Origin: Gemmatimonadota bacterium
GTDB lineage: Bacteria > Gemmatimonadota > Gemmatimonadetes > Gemmatimonadales > Gemmatimonadaceae
DNA length: 64,000 bases
Direction of reading: 5' to 3'
NCBI GenBank assembly: GCA_031372565.1
Contig: JANMLN010000165.1
Span: 1 to 64,000, forward strand
This document shows, in pieces, positions 8,878 through 19,837 of this stretch. The number at the start of each line of letters is the position of its first letter. The stretch's first letter is position 1. Below the pieces are notes generated by a model, which was given only the letters and a program-made list of their open reading frames with translations, was not told the DNA's origin and searched no databases. Made by a program: the position numbers and the translations under genes.

Positions 8878-10202
8878 CAGTCGTCGGAGTCGCTGGAGGA
8901 GGAATCGTCGGAGTCGTCCGAGCTCGCGGGCGCAAAGTCGGACTCGGCCCAGCGCGTCGTCTCGAAGGCGGCCGACCGCAGCGAGACGATCACCGGTGGC
9001 ACGATGAGGAGCACGAACGCCGCGAACCACCAGATGAGGCCGGGTTGGTCGCGCCGCACTTCGATGCGCCAGTCGATGTCGCGGCCGGCATCGGGGCCGT
9101 CGAGCTCGATGCGCATGAACCATCGTCCGGCGGGCACGGCGCCCAGCCGCACATCGTCGGAGCGGGAGCCCTCGCTCCACGACTCGCCCTCGTCCACACC
9201 GTGGTAATAGCTGACCTCGCGACCGACGTCGATGACCTGGCCCGTCGAGTCGTTGACGAGTGTCATGCCGACGAACAGCCACGAGCCGTCGACGGTGGCG
9301 GACGAGGTGATCACGACGTTCGACGTCGGGCCCGCGAGCGTGAACGGGTCGGTGACGAACGGCGCCTTGTCGGTCGCAACACCGGGATGGAAGACGCCGT
9401 CGACCGCGGATGCCAGGCGCCCTCCCGCAGTGCCGAGGCGCAGACCGACCAGCACGAGCAAGGCCACCGCGAGCATCACGAACGCCTGCCAGTAGCGTGC
9501 CGGTGTCCCGGCCAGCGGATTGGGCTGGTTGGCGAAGGTCCCGCGCGCAGAGGGAAACGGCTCCGTGACCTTGAAGGCGGCGCGAATCCGCTCGCCGGAC
9601 ACGTACTCACCCAGCGACCAGGTGACCTCCTCGTCCGTCTCCTCGGCGGAGAGCAGGAACGGCGGTGCGACATGATCCTTGACCGTGACCACGTCGCCGA
9701 CGTTCAGCATCCACGGGAACTCACCCAGGGCAAAGACCGTCGTGGCACTCGACGTCTGGAAGAGCTTGAACGTGGTATCGCGCCACGTGGCGGTTGGATG
9801 CCCGCTGACGCTTCCGCCCTCCGGGATGCCGCGCACCGCGATGATGTCGTTCCAGTGCCCATCGTACTCGGACAGGTAGCGAAAGCCGCGGAACGGGTTG
9901 AAGAGCAGATACTCCTGCCACCGGTAGTTGATGCCGTCGACGGTGATCTGCCGGACCTGGAAGCCGATCACGTCCCACGGGTCGCCTTTCCATGTTCCGC
10001 GACTGCCGAGGGGAATCAGCGGACGCGCGCGCGCCATCGTCTTCTCGAAGGTCTGCAGCACCGCCACGTTCGCGTCGCTCGCATCGAGCGTGGCGAGGCA
10101 ACTGTCGCACACGACGCTCGCCGCGAACTGGAAGCTCCGCAGCTGGATCGCGGCGCCGCAGTTCGGGCAGTTGAGCCCCCGAGCCTGAACGCTGGTCACC
10201 AC
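8877..10202 (-). CDS. DUF4178-domain membrane protein (long)
   Basis: N-terminal CPNCG..CDSC ribbon, W.EYLL.NP..GFRYLSE.DGHW, GEFPW, two TMs, RWAESDF, Ser/Asp tail. Confidence 0.85.
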   Translation of the reverse strand: MVTSVQARGLNCPNCGAAIQLRSFQFAASVVCDSCLATLDASDANVAVLQTFEKTMARARPLIPLGSRGTWKGDPWDVIGFQVRQITVDGINYRWQEYLLFNPFRGFRYLSEYDGHWNDIIAVRGIPEGGSVSGHPTATWRDTTFKLFQTSSATTVFALGEFPWMLNVGDVVTVKDHVAPPFLLSAEETDEEVTWSLGEYVSGERIRAAFKVTEPFPSARGTFANQPNPLAGTPARYWQAFVMLAVALLVLVGLRLGTAGGRLASAVDGVFHPGVATDKAPFVTDPFTLAGPTSNVVITSSATVDGSWLFVGMTLVNDSTGQVIDVGREVSYYHGVDEGESWSEGSRSDDVRLGAVPAGRWFMRIELDGPDAGRDIDWRIEVRRDQPGLIWWFAAFVLLIVPPVIVSLRSAAFETTRWAESDFAPASSDDSDDSSSSDSDD

Positions 10203-10831
10203 CCCTCGAAGGTACGGAGGTTGCGCAACTCGAGCTGACGCAGCTCGACGGGTTCACCGACGAAGAGCAGCGGCGGCGTTTCACTGTAGTCGATCGTGGC
10301 AAAGTTGCCCGCGGTGCTCCGCGCGTCGGCGAAGGGCACCAGCCCCGAGGGCGCGTAGGCGAACGGGAGTTCGCCCTCGGTGCCGACGTACGACGCCATC
10401 GTGATGCTCGCGAGGACGAATCGTTCGCCGCCGTGGGGAAAGGTGTCGCCCGGGGACACGTCGTCGGACGACGGCAAGGGGCGATCCGGCGTGGCAGGGC
10501 GCGACATCACGTAGTCGGCCTGCGCATCGGAGAGCCAGCCGCTGGTATCATCCGAGAAACGGCAGTGCCATTCGCTCCAACCCCCGCGCTCCCATCGATA
10601 CACGAGGCGCCCGACCACGACGAAGTCGCGATCGTGCCATCGCCCCTCGGTGCCAAGCTGGATCGGCGAGGGGGTGAGGGGCACGACCGTGCTCGTGCCC
10701 ACCTTGGTGAGGTCGAGGTCGTGGCGCACGAGCACCGATCGGCAGTACTCACAGGTGGTTTGCACCGCCTGCGCCCACCGAAACTCGATCGTCGCGCCGC
10801 AGTTGGGACACGACGTCTGTACGCCGGTCAT
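10196..10831 (-). CDS. DUF4178-domain protein (short)
   Basis: CPNCGA..CEYC ribbon, SPIQLG..G, GGWSEW...F.D...GWLSDAQ, EGELPF; ATGA coupling with speD. Confidence 0.85.
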   Translation of the reverse strand: MTGVQTSCPNCGATIEFRWAQAVQTTCEYCRSVLVRHDLDLTKVGTSTVVPLTPSPIQLGTEGRWHDRDFVVVGRLVYRWERGGWSEWHCRFSDDTSGWLSDAQADYVMSRPATPDRPLPSSDDVSPGDTFPHGGERFVLASITMASYVGTEGELPFAYAPSGLVPFADARSTAGNFATIDYSETPPLLFVGEPVELRQLELRNLRTFEGW

Positions 10832-11238
10832 TCGGCGCGAATGACGCGAACGGAGACGGGAGTCGAACGCGCGCGGTGCTGTCCTTCGGGTCCGTACGAC
10901 CGTTCGAGGCACCGGATCTGCGTGACCCGTGCGCCGATCGCCTCGCTCAGCGCCGACGCGAAGTCGAACTCGTCGCGTGGCGTGCAGCAAAACACGTTCA
11001 GGCAGATCGTGCCGTGCTCGGGGAAGGTGTGGACCGTCAGGTGTGACTCGGCGAGGATCTGGATGCCCGTGAGCCCGCCGGGAGCGGGAAAGCGGTGCCA
11101 TACCGCTGGTGCCACGGGGCGCAGTTGCATCTCACCGACAATACGCGCGAAGAGTCGCTCGAGTACGGCCTGATCAGCGAGACGAACGGCATCTGCGCCG
11201 CGCGCCTCGATGATCCACTCTTGTCCGTAGAGGGACAT
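10828..11238 (-). CDS. speD: S-adenosylmethionine decarboxylase proenzyme (pyruvoyl type)
   Basis: GGLTG...LAESHLTVHTFPE.G...LNVFCC, including the E/S self-cleavage site. Confidence 0.88.
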   Translation of the reverse strand: MSLYGQEWIIEARGADAVRLADQAVLERLFARIVGEMQLRPVAPAVWHRFPAPGGLTGIQILAESHLTVHTFPEHGTICLNVFCCTPRDEFDFASALSEAIGARVTQIRCLERSYGPEGQHRARSTPVSVRVIRAE

Positions 11239-12170
11239 CAGCTGCCACTCGGCTTGATCGTGGCGTCCGGTGCGGCGGGCGGCGGCGTGGTGGGTGCGGG
11301 CGGCTGCGACGGGGTGAGTGCGCCGGTCATTGCATTGCCGATACCCACACCGGCGGCGAGCCCCGCTCCCAGCCCGGCGATCCCGCCGCCCCCCTGATTG
11401 GCGGCTGCGATCGAGACCGACTGGGCCACCTGGAACTTCATGTACTGGTCGAGGTTGCCGACCATGTTCATCTGGATGCGCTGGTCGAGGACCTTCTGCA
11501 GCTCCTCCGGCAGCGAGACGTTCTCGACCATGAACGAGTCGAGGACGAGTCCCATCTCGGCGAACGTCGGTGTGAGCAGTGCCTTCATGGCATCGCCGAT
11601 GGCCGGCGTATTGGCGGCCATGTCGAGGAACGGCACCCCCCCCTGCGCGAACGCGGCGGAGACCGACGCGACGATGGTGTTGCGCAGCTGCCCCTCGATG
11701 TCGGCCACGCCGTAGCTCTCCCGCGTCCCCGACAGTTTGGCGTGGAAGACGGCCGGGTCGGCCAGGTGCCAGCTATAAATGCCGAAGGCGCGCAGCCGGA
11801 CCGCTCCGAAATCCTTGTCGCGCACGGTGACCGGGTTCTGCGTGCCCCACTTCTGGTTGACGCGCGTCCGTGTCGAGAAGAAATAGACGTCGCTCTTGAA
11901 CGGCGACTTGAACAGCTTGTCCCAGTTCTTGAGGTTGGTCAGGAGCGGGATGTTCTGCGTCTCGAGCGTGTGCAGGCCGGGACCGAAACTGTCGGCCACC
12001 TTGCCCTCGTTGACGAAGAGCGCACGCTGCGTCTCGCGCACGGTCAGCTGCGCGCCGTACTGGATTTCCTGGTCCGCCATCGGATAGCGCCAGGCAAGCG
12101 TGCTGTCATCCGATTCCGTCCACTGGATGACATCGACGAACTGCTTCTTGAGAAAGTTGCCGAGACCCAT
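11238..12170 (-). CDS. SPFH/Band-7 domain protein (YdjI-like)
   Basis: DVIQW, LTVRETQ.ALFVNEG, GPG.HTL.T.NIP, SPFKSDVYF, KWGT.NP, VRLRAFG, VENVSLPEE, GAGLAAG tail; start inferred at ATG 12170. Confidence 0.9.
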   Translation of the reverse strand: MGLGNFLKKQFVDVIQWTESDDSTLAWRYPMADQEIQYGAQLTVRETQRALFVNEGKVADSFGPGLHTLETQNIPLLTNLKNWDKLFKSPFKSDVYFFSTRTRVNQKWGTQNPVTVRDKDFGAVRLRAFGIYSWHLADPAVFHAKLSGTRESYGVADIEGQLRNTIVASVSAAFAQGGVPFLDMAANTPAIGDAMKALLTPTFAEMGLVLDSFMVENVSLPEELQKVLDQRIQMNMVGNLDQYMKFQVAQSVSIAAANQGGGGIAGLGAGLAAGVGIGNAMTGALTPSQPPAPTTPPPAAPDATIKPSGS

Positions 12171-12239
12171 GGCCAGCTCCGGGAACGGGGCGTGAAGACG
12201 CGTGGGAGAGCCGCGCACCATGGCGCGCGGAGGAGGACG

Positions 12240-13058
12240 CTAGAAGCTCAGGATCGTGAGCAGGCGGAAGTCACGTCCGAGCACGGGCACCCGCGCTTGC
12301 GCATTGCCGAGCGCCTGCGCGGGATCAAAGAGGGCATAGCCGTCGCCCCCCAGGTCGAACAGGTAGACCTGCGTCCATGGATTCGGAATGCCACCCTGAT
12401 CAAACCAGGCGGTCATGGCGCGCCGGCACTGCTCGGAGTTCAGCACGAGCCGCACCTTGTCCGGCGTCGGCGTGGGGATGCGGCCATCGTGCCGCACCAC
12501 CGAATCCTGCCGCGCGTGCGGCGAGAGCGCCTCGACGAGCGCGCCGGTGATCCACGACGTGCTGATGTCGTTGGGGCGACACGGGGTGACGCGCGTCGGG
12601 ACGCGCAGGTCCTCGAGCTGCTGCAGGTACAGCGCCGTGCCGGTGCGCAGTTCGAGGTTGGTGGTGTACTGCAGTCCACGCCGGACATTCACCGCGTGTC
12701 GCTCACGGGTGAAGCCGATCGCCCGCACCTCCACCACACGCTTGCCGGCGGGGACATCCAGCAGGGTGAATCGACCGGCCAGATCGGTGACCGTCGAGAA
12801 GTTGGAGGGCGGGGCGAGTGGCGATGTATCACTCGTGGCGAACACCAGCGCGCCGCCGACCGGGAGGCCCGACGACGAGTCGGTGACCGTGCCGTGGACG
12901 TCGCCGCTCCCGGTCTCCCCACCCGCGCTCAGGCCCGCGCGGGCACCGCGTCCGAACGGCAAATCGAAGAGGGCCGAGGGACGGCATGCGCCACCCGCCG
13001 CCAGAGCGAACAGGGCGCAGGCACGGAGTGCGGTTGAACGGCGGAAGTGAGCGGCCAC
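12240..13058 (-). CDS. Probable lipoprotein with carboxypeptidase-regulatory-like (Cna-B type) domain
   Basis: VHGTVTDSSSGLPVGGALV...TVTDLAGRFTL.DVPAG...VRAIGF; possible lipobox GGAC; start uncertain. Confidence 0.65.
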   Translation of the reverse strand: MAAHFRRSTALRACALFALAAGGACRPSALFDLPFGRGARAGLSAGGETGSGDVHGTVTDSSSGLPVGGALVFATSDTSPLAPPSNFSTVTDLAGRFTLLDVPAGKRVVEVRAIGFTRERHAVNVRRGLQYTTNLELRTGTALYLQQLEDLRVPTRVTPCRPNDISTSWITGALVEALSPHARQDSVVRHDGRIPTPTPDKVRLVLNSEQCRRAMTAWFDQGGIPNPWTQVYLFDLGGDGYALFDPAQALGNAQARVPVLGRDFRLLTILSF

Positions 13059-13210
13059 GGCATCCCGAAGGTGGACTTTCAAGGTACCCCCCGCTGGCCG
13101 GTGCAGCAACCGAAGAGACCGGGTAGGCAGCCCCGCCCGAACGACCGGGGGGGCTGGCTGGCGATCGGCGCGAATCGTTACGCAGCGGAGCGTCTGCCCG
13201 CTGCGCGACG

Positions 13211-13975
13211 TTAGTAGCCCAGCCGCTCCACGCAATGCGGCAACATCTTGCGCCACCACGGCCAATCGTGGTTCACGTCGTGGCCCCAGAGGTCCAACTG
13301 GTGGGGGATCCCTTTGGCACCCAACGCCGTTGCGAGCCGGCGCGAGGCGTCCGGAACCTCGTACGCGCCTTGACCCGTCACGATGCAGATCCGACTGTGG
13401 TGCCGGAGCAGTTCGAGGTTGTTGCCCGACAGCCCCGGGACGTACCAGAGCGGATTGTTGAAGAAGCAGTTGTCGTCCGAATACCCCTTGAAATAGGACT
13501 TCGAGAGGTCGTAGAAGCCGCTCATCGCCACCAGTGCATCGAACAGGTCCGGACGACGCAGCATGCAGTTGGCGGCGTGAAACGCTCCGAAGCTGGCCCC
13601 CGTGGTCAGGATGCGCGCGCCGGGATCACCCGTCATGCGCCGGATATGCGGGACCACTTCGTCTTCGACGTACCGCACGTACATCGCCTGCCGCCGTGCC
13701 GACTCCGGCACCGGAATCTTCTTGTCCATCCAGGCGTGCGAATTGATCGAGTCGATCGAGAAGATGCGGACCCGCCCGGCGAAGAGCAGCGGCTCCATCG
13801 CCTTGATCAGGAAGAAGCGCTCGTTCTCGAGATAGTCGGCCGCGGCCGTCGGAAAGAGGAGGATGGGCTTGCCGGCATGGCCGTACTCGACGATCGGCAT
13901 CTCCATGCCGAGCGAGGGACTGCGCCAGCCGAAGCGAACGCGGCGGAGCGATGGATCAACAAATTGGAGGGGCAT
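13211..13975 (-). CDS. Alpha/beta-hydrolase (putative esterase family)
   Basis: W.SPSLG.EM...YGHAG.P...FPT, GASFG nucleophile elbow, WG.DV.HDWPWW. Confidence 0.88.
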   Translation of the reverse strand: MPLQFVDPSLRRVRFGWRSPSLGMEMPIVEYGHAGKPILLFPTAAADYLENERFFLIKAMEPLLFAGRVRIFSIDSINSHAWMDKKIPVPESARRQAMYVRYVEDEVVPHIRRMTGDPGARILTTGASFGAFHAANCMLRRPDLFDALVAMSGFYDLSKSYFKGYSDDNCFFNNPLWYVPGLSGNNLELLRHHSRICIVTGQGAYEVPDASRRLATALGAKGIPHQLDLWGHDVNHDWPWWRKMLPHCVERLGY

Positions 13976-14016
13976 CCGAAAGGCGGGTTGTGGAAGAGGG
14001 GCGTCGAAGCGCGCGC

Positions 14017-14601
14017 TCAGCGCTGCTCGGAGAGCTTCTGCTGCACGACGGCGGCAATGCGCTTCTCCAACTCGCCCACCGTGGTGCAGCGAACGTCGGC
14101 GCCGCTGAACTGGACGGGTCGGCCCGTGGCCTGGACGACGGTGGCGAGGACGCTCGTGCCGTCTCCGTTGTCCTTGACCTCGGACGAGACCGACATCTGG
14201 ATCTGGTAGCCGTCCGCGTTGGGCTCGCTCTGCTGATAGCCACAGTCGAGCAGCCGGCGCATCGGCAACGCCCCGATGCGCGCGCGCACCTTGAAGTCGA
14301 GGTTGCCGAGCATCCGCTCCTTGCTCACCATCGTGGTGATCGGAATGCCGAGCGACTCATACGCGCCGGGCAGCACGGCAAAGACCTTGTCCGCGTTGAC
14401 CAGCATGCGCGCGGTGCTGGCCTGCACGATGTTGGTCATCCCCGTGCCCACGGACAGGTTGCCCGCTCCGCCGGTCTGGATGATGTTCTGGGTGCTCTGG
14501 ACCACGATCCCCTCACCCTCCGGGCTCGCGCTCGAGCCGCTGGTGGATGCGCAGGCCGTGGCGAGGGCAAGCGCGGGCAGGACGCGAAGGGTGCGGATCA
14601 T
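14017..14601 (-). CDS. Hypothetical lipoprotein
   Basis: Lipobox LATAC after a hydrophobic signal; internal DCG...CTT.G.LE Cys pair. Confidence 0.75.
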   Translation of the reverse strand: MIRTLRVLPALALATACASTSGSSASPEGEGIVVQSTQNIIQTGGAGNLSVGTGMTNIVQASTARMLVNADKVFAVLPGAYESLGIPITTMVSKERMLGNLDFKVRARIGALPMRRLLDCGYQQSEPNADGYQIQMSVSSEVKDNGDGTSVLATVVQATGRPVQFSGADVRCTTVGELEKRIAAVVQQKLSEQR

Positions 14602-14777
14602 GGTCGGGAACTCGGCGCAGAGGGATGCGGGGCCCCGCGCGGCGTGCGCTCGGGGAAGGCAATATGCAGGACGGGCGGGACGACGCCAACGTCAGGACGA
14701 CGACTCGACCGGGCGCCCGGGGCACCGAGCAGGGGGCTGTGCGACCCTCGGGTCGTGCCGGCACCGAGCCCCGCGCT

Positions 14778-15752
14778 CTACCAGCCGTGCGGTCGCCGCC
14801 ACACGCGCTTGTCCACGGGGAACGGCTTCCGCAGCGAGAACTGGCCACCGCCAAAGTGTTCGTCGCTCGCGATCACTTCGGTCATGCTCGACGCCTTGGC
14901 GCTGGACTCGTCGGCCCAGTGCAGGATCTCGGCCTCCACCGTCATCGGCGGCACCGCCGCGCCGTACTCGGGAATGCCATGATGCGACTGGATGAAATGA
15001 TGCAGCTCGAGCGCCTGTGACTCGCTCACGGTCCCCGCCGGCAGCCTGAGCAGCTGTCGCTCGAGCATGAGCGAGCCCAGCACGATGTGACCGAGCAAGT
15101 AGCCAGCCTGCGTGACCGCAAAGCCCCCGGGTTCGATGGCGTACGACTCGACCTTGCCAATGTCGTGCAGCAGCGCGCCGGCCAGGACGAGTTCCGGATC
15201 GGCGCGCATGACCTTGGCGGTCGCCTTGCCGATGCCCGCGACCTCCACGACGTGCAACAGCAGGCCACCGACGAGCGCGTGGTGCCCGCGTGGAGCGGCC
15301 GGCGCCCGTTCGAAACGGGACCGGAAGTCGTCGTCGCTGAAGAAGAGATCGACCACGGTGCGCAGCGCCTTCGACTTCATGCCGCTCCGTTCGCGGTCGA
15401 TCCAATCCCAGAGCTTCACGGGGTCGTCGGTGATGCTGGGCAGGAAATCATTGAGGGAGAGACCCTCCATGGGCAGCAGCCGGAGTGGGCCGGTCAGATC
15501 GAGCTGCCGTTTCTCCTTGTAGCTGGTCACGGTGCCGAGGACCTGCACCAGCTTGCCCGGCGTGACCCCCTCGACCCAGTCGAGCTTCTCCTGCCACACC
15601 GGCGCGACGTCGAGTGAACCGGTCCGATTGCCGAGGGACAGGGTGACGAACGGCTTGCCGTCCTTGGTCGCCCGCTCGTCGCGCGCCTGCACCATGAGCG
15701 CGTGCTGCACGCGGTCACCTTTCTTGAGCTTGGAGAGATCGAGGACCGACAT
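14778..15752 (-). CDS. yhaM: 3'-5' exoribonuclease YhaM/Cbf1 family (OB fold + HD domain)
   Basis: TKDGKPF..L.L...TG OB fold; APAA..HHA..GGLL.H, ALLHDIGK, GHI, SHHG..EYG, EAEILH.AD. Confidence 0.88.
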   Translation of the reverse strand: MSVLDLSKLKKGDRVQHALMVQARDERATKDGKPFVTLSLGNRTGSLDVAPVWQEKLDWVEGVTPGKLVQVLGTVTSYKEKRQLDLTGPLRLLPMEGLSLNDFLPSITDDPVKLWDWIDRERSGMKSKALRTVVDLFFSDDDFRSRFERAPAAPRGHHALVGGLLLHVVEVAGIGKATAKVMRADPELVLAGALLHDIGKVESYAIEPGGFAVTQAGYLLGHIVLGSLMLERQLLRLPAGTVSESQALELHHFIQSHHGIPEYGAAVPPMTVEAEILHWADESSAKASSMTEVIASDEHFGGGQFSLRKPFPVDKRVWRRPHGW

Positions 15753-15978
15753 GGACGCCTCGCAGCGGGAGAGCGTTGGACGTACGATGGATAGGCGGGC
15801 GATGTCGCGCAGACTAACGTGCCTCTCTGACAGGCACACCGGGCGTCGGCCCATGTTATGTCGGCACCGGTTGCAAGCGGTAGGGGCGCATGGCAACCCT
15901 TTCCGCTGCGCGGGTGCCGAATCGCTCAGCGATCCACCGGCGTCCGCGCCCACTCCACCGAGCCACCGAGACCTTCGC

Positions 15979-17043
15979 ATGCGCCGCACCCTGCTGACCG
16001 CCGTCCTGATGCTCGCGTCTCACGTCGCAGCCGCGCAGGGGACACCCGGTGGCGCGTCCACTCCTGGCGGCCCTCCACGGCGTCCGTTGATCGATGAGCC
16101 GGAGTTGAAGCGTCGGCTCGCGCGCACCATGGACTCGCTCGAGCGGGCCGGGGCGTTCTCCGGTGTCGTGCTGGTGGCGCGCAATGGCGCCCCGGTGTGG
16201 GAGCAGGCGTACGGCATGGCCGATCGTGCGAGGCAGCGCAAAAACACGATCGAGACCGCGTTCAATCTGGGGTCGATCAACAAGCTGTTCACGCAGATCG
16301 CCATCCGGCAGCTGAGCAACGCCGGCACGGTGCACCTCGATTCGACGATCGCGACCTACTGGCCCGACTACCCGAATGCGGCCATCGCGCGGTCCGTGAC
16401 GTTGCGGCAACTGCTGCAGCATCGCGCCGGTCTCGGCGGCAACATCTTCGGGACCCTCCCGGGTCAGCCGCGCTCCGCCATTCGCCATAATCGCGAGTAC
16501 GTGGCGCTCTTTGCGAGCGAGTCCCCCGACTTTGCGCCCGGCACGCGGCAGCAGTACTGCAACGCGTGCTACGTGGTGCTCGGGGAGATCGTGAGTCGTA
16601 TGTCTGGGGAGGACTACTACGACTACGTGCGCGCCCATGTGTACCAGCCAGCGGGGCTCACGCGTACCGACGCGCATCCGCTCACCGCGCTGCCGGCGAA
16701 CACGGCGATCGGCTACACCACCGGTCGCGAGGACGCCCCGCTGAACGCTCCGCTCAAGCCGAACTCGGATGAACTGCCCGGGCGCGGCAGCGCGGCCGGT
16801 GGTGGCTACAGCACGGCGCACGATCTCATGCGCTTCGTGCAGGCACTCCGCGAGCAGAAGGTGCCGGGCGGACCGCCGGCCGGGGTCGGTGTGGCGGGGG
16901 GCAGCGGCGGAATGAACGCCGTGGTGGAAGGCGCGCTGCCCGGTGGCTATGACCTGATCGTGCTGGCCAACCTCGATCCGCCGAGCGCCGAGCGCGTCGC
17001 GCGCATGATTCGCGGGTGGCTCGGTGGTGGGGACGACAACTAG
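15979..17043 (+). CDS. Serine hydrolase, beta-lactamase (class C/AmpH-like) family
   Basis: Signal peptide, FSGVVLVA, FNLGSINK (SxxK), LLQHRAG, YCN (YxN), AGGGYST. Confidence 0.9.
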   Translation: MRRTLLTAVLMLASHVAAAQGTPGGASTPGGPPRRPLIDEPELKRRLARTMDSLERAGAFSGVVLVARNGAPVWEQAYGMADRARQRKNTIETAFNLGSINKLFTQIAIRQLSNAGTVHLDSTIATYWPDYPNAAIARSVTLRQLLQHRAGLGGNIFGTLPGQPRSAIRHNREYVALFASESPDFAPGTRQQYCNACYVVLGEIVSRMSGEDYYDYVRAHVYQPAGLTRTDAHPLTALPANTAIGYTTGREDAPLNAPLKPNSDELPGRGSAAGGGYSTAHDLMRFVQALREQKVPGGPPAGVGVAGGSGGMNAVVEGALPGGYDLIVLANLDPPSAERVARMIRGWLGGGDDN

Positions 17044-17058
17044 GCGCCGCGTCGGCGC

Positions 17059-18135
<1,077 letters not shown>

Positions 18136-18181
18136 GTGGTCCAGCCGCCCCGGGCGGGGCGGCATTGAGAGTTGGTGAGTG

Positions 18182-19762
18182 CTACTGGTTGCTGGTCGCC
18201 GCGCGTGCGGCGATCGCGAAGAGGTCCTTCTGCGTCTGGCCCCTGCGCAGAATCTCGAGCGCGCGCCGCAGCTGCACGTCGTCGTCGAGGTCGCGCCGCT
18301 TGGCGGTGGAGTCACCAAAGGCGAAGCGGGCCACCCGGTTCTCGAGCAACCGGTCCACGTACTTCGACGCGTTGTCGTACATCGGACGATCGATCTTGGC
18401 GCCGGTGCTGGTGATGCGGCGATAGAGCGAGTCGCGCCACGCCTGCGACACCTGGAAGTCCGCGGTGACCTTCCCCTTCTGGCTCAGCCCGAACTCGTAG
18501 AGCTGGATGTAGATCTCCTGCGACTTCGGCGCGATGGCCTTGATGAACGTCTGCTCCACGGTCGAGAAGGTGTCGGGGCGCACGATCAAATCCGGCGTCA
18601 CGGCGCCACCGCCGAAGACGACGCGGCCGCCATCCGACTTGAACGCGGGACGTGCCTTGCGTGCCGAGTCGGACTCGAGCGAGTCCGGGTGCGTCTCGAC
18701 GAAGCGGCCATCGGCCAGGAGCTTCCGCTCCTTCTGGATCGTGCGGCCGCTCGGCGTGAACCACTTACCGGTGGTCATCTTGAGCGCCCACCCGCCATCC
18801 AGGTTGAACACCGTCTGCACGAGGCCCTTGCCGAACGACGTCGTGCCGAGGATGACGGCGCGATCGTGGTCCTGCAACGAGCCGGCCACGATCTCCGACG
18901 TGGACGCGGAGTAGCCGTCCGTGAGCACCACCATCGGGAGCGTCGGTACCAACGGACGCCGCTCGGCCTTGTAGCGCTGCTCGGCGTCGCGCCCGCGCAC
19001 GGAGGCGATCTCCTGCCCCTGCGCCAGGAACATGTTGCTCACCGAGAGCGCCTGATCCAGGAAGCCACCCGGATTGCCGCGCACATCGAGAATGAGCCCC
19101 TTGGCGCCTTCGGCCGTGAGCTTCTGGAGCGCGCGCGCCATATCCTGCGCCGTCGATTCGTTGAAGCTCTGGAGCGGGATGTACCCGATCTTGCCGTCGA
19201 AGGTGATCGCGTACGGAATGCTCGGGACCTTGATGATGGCGCGCGTGAAGGTGGCCGAAATCACCTCGCTGACGCCGGGGCGCGCGAACTTGGCGCTCAC
19301 CTTGGTGCCGGGGGTGCCGAGGAGTCGCTCGGAGACCTGCGAGAGCTTCCAGCCGCGCGTGGACGAGGTGTCGACCATGATGATGCGATCGCCCTCGGCG
19401 ATGCCCGCCGCTTCGGCTGGCGTCCCCGGGAAGACGCGACCCACGGTCACCTGCCCCTGCTGGTCCTCGATCTGCATGCCGACACCGCCATACTTGCCGC
19501 CCGTGTTGCGCTGGAAGAGCGCAAGATCCTTGGGCGAGAAGAGCTCGGTGTACGGATCCGCGAGATCCTTGACGAGGCCGCGCGCGGCTTTCTCGTACAG
19601 GGCGCCCGCGCCGACGGTGTCCACGAAACGCTCGTTGATGAGTTGATAGACCTCACCAAACAGCTGCGCGCCGTCGCGCGCTTCCCGCGCTTGCAGGAAG
19701 AAACCGCCCGCGAGGAGCGGCAGGGCAACGATGCTGGCGATCACGATGGGCGAGCGGCGCAT
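18182..19762 (-). CDS. ctpA: Carboxy-terminal processing protease (S41, PDZ)
   Basis: DPYT, YGGVG PDZ, LILDVRGNPGG, SASTSEIVAG.LQD, TSFGKG.VQ, TPSGR.I. Confidence 0.93.
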   Translation of the reverse strand: MRRSPIVIASIVALPLLAGGFFLQAREARDGAQLFGEVYQLINERFVDTVGAGALYEKAARGLVKDLADPYTELFSPKDLALFQRNTGGKYGGVGMQIEDQQGQVTVGRVFPGTPAEAAGIAEGDRIIMVDTSSTRGWKLSQVSERLLGTPGTKVSAKFARPGVSEVISATFTRAIIKVPSIPYAITFDGKIGYIPLQSFNESTAQDMARALQKLTAEGAKGLILDVRGNPGGFLDQALSVSNMFLAQGQEIASVRGRDAEQRYKAERRPLVPTLPMVVLTDGYSASTSEIVAGSLQDHDRAVILGTTSFGKGLVQTVFNLDGGWALKMTTGKWFTPSGRTIQKERKLLADGRFVETHPDSLESDSARKARPAFKSDGGRVVFGGGAVTPDLIVRPDTFSTVEQTFIKAIAPKSQEIYIQLYEFGLSQKGKVTADFQVSQAWRDSLYRRITSTGAKIDRPMYDNASKYVDRLLENRVARFAFGDSTAKRRDLDDDVQLRRALEILRRGQTQKDLFAIAARAATSNQ

Positions 19763-19837
19763 GAGCGGACCCGGGCCTTGAGGTTGAGCGGGAAAATCTA
19801 CCTGTCTACGCGTCGGGACGCGGGAGTGTTCCGCCGA

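Noticed and set aside
13211..13975. Esterase as part of an ATP-grasp/carboxylate-amine ligase cluster
   Set aside because: The partner genes I associate with this family are absent from the neighbourhood.
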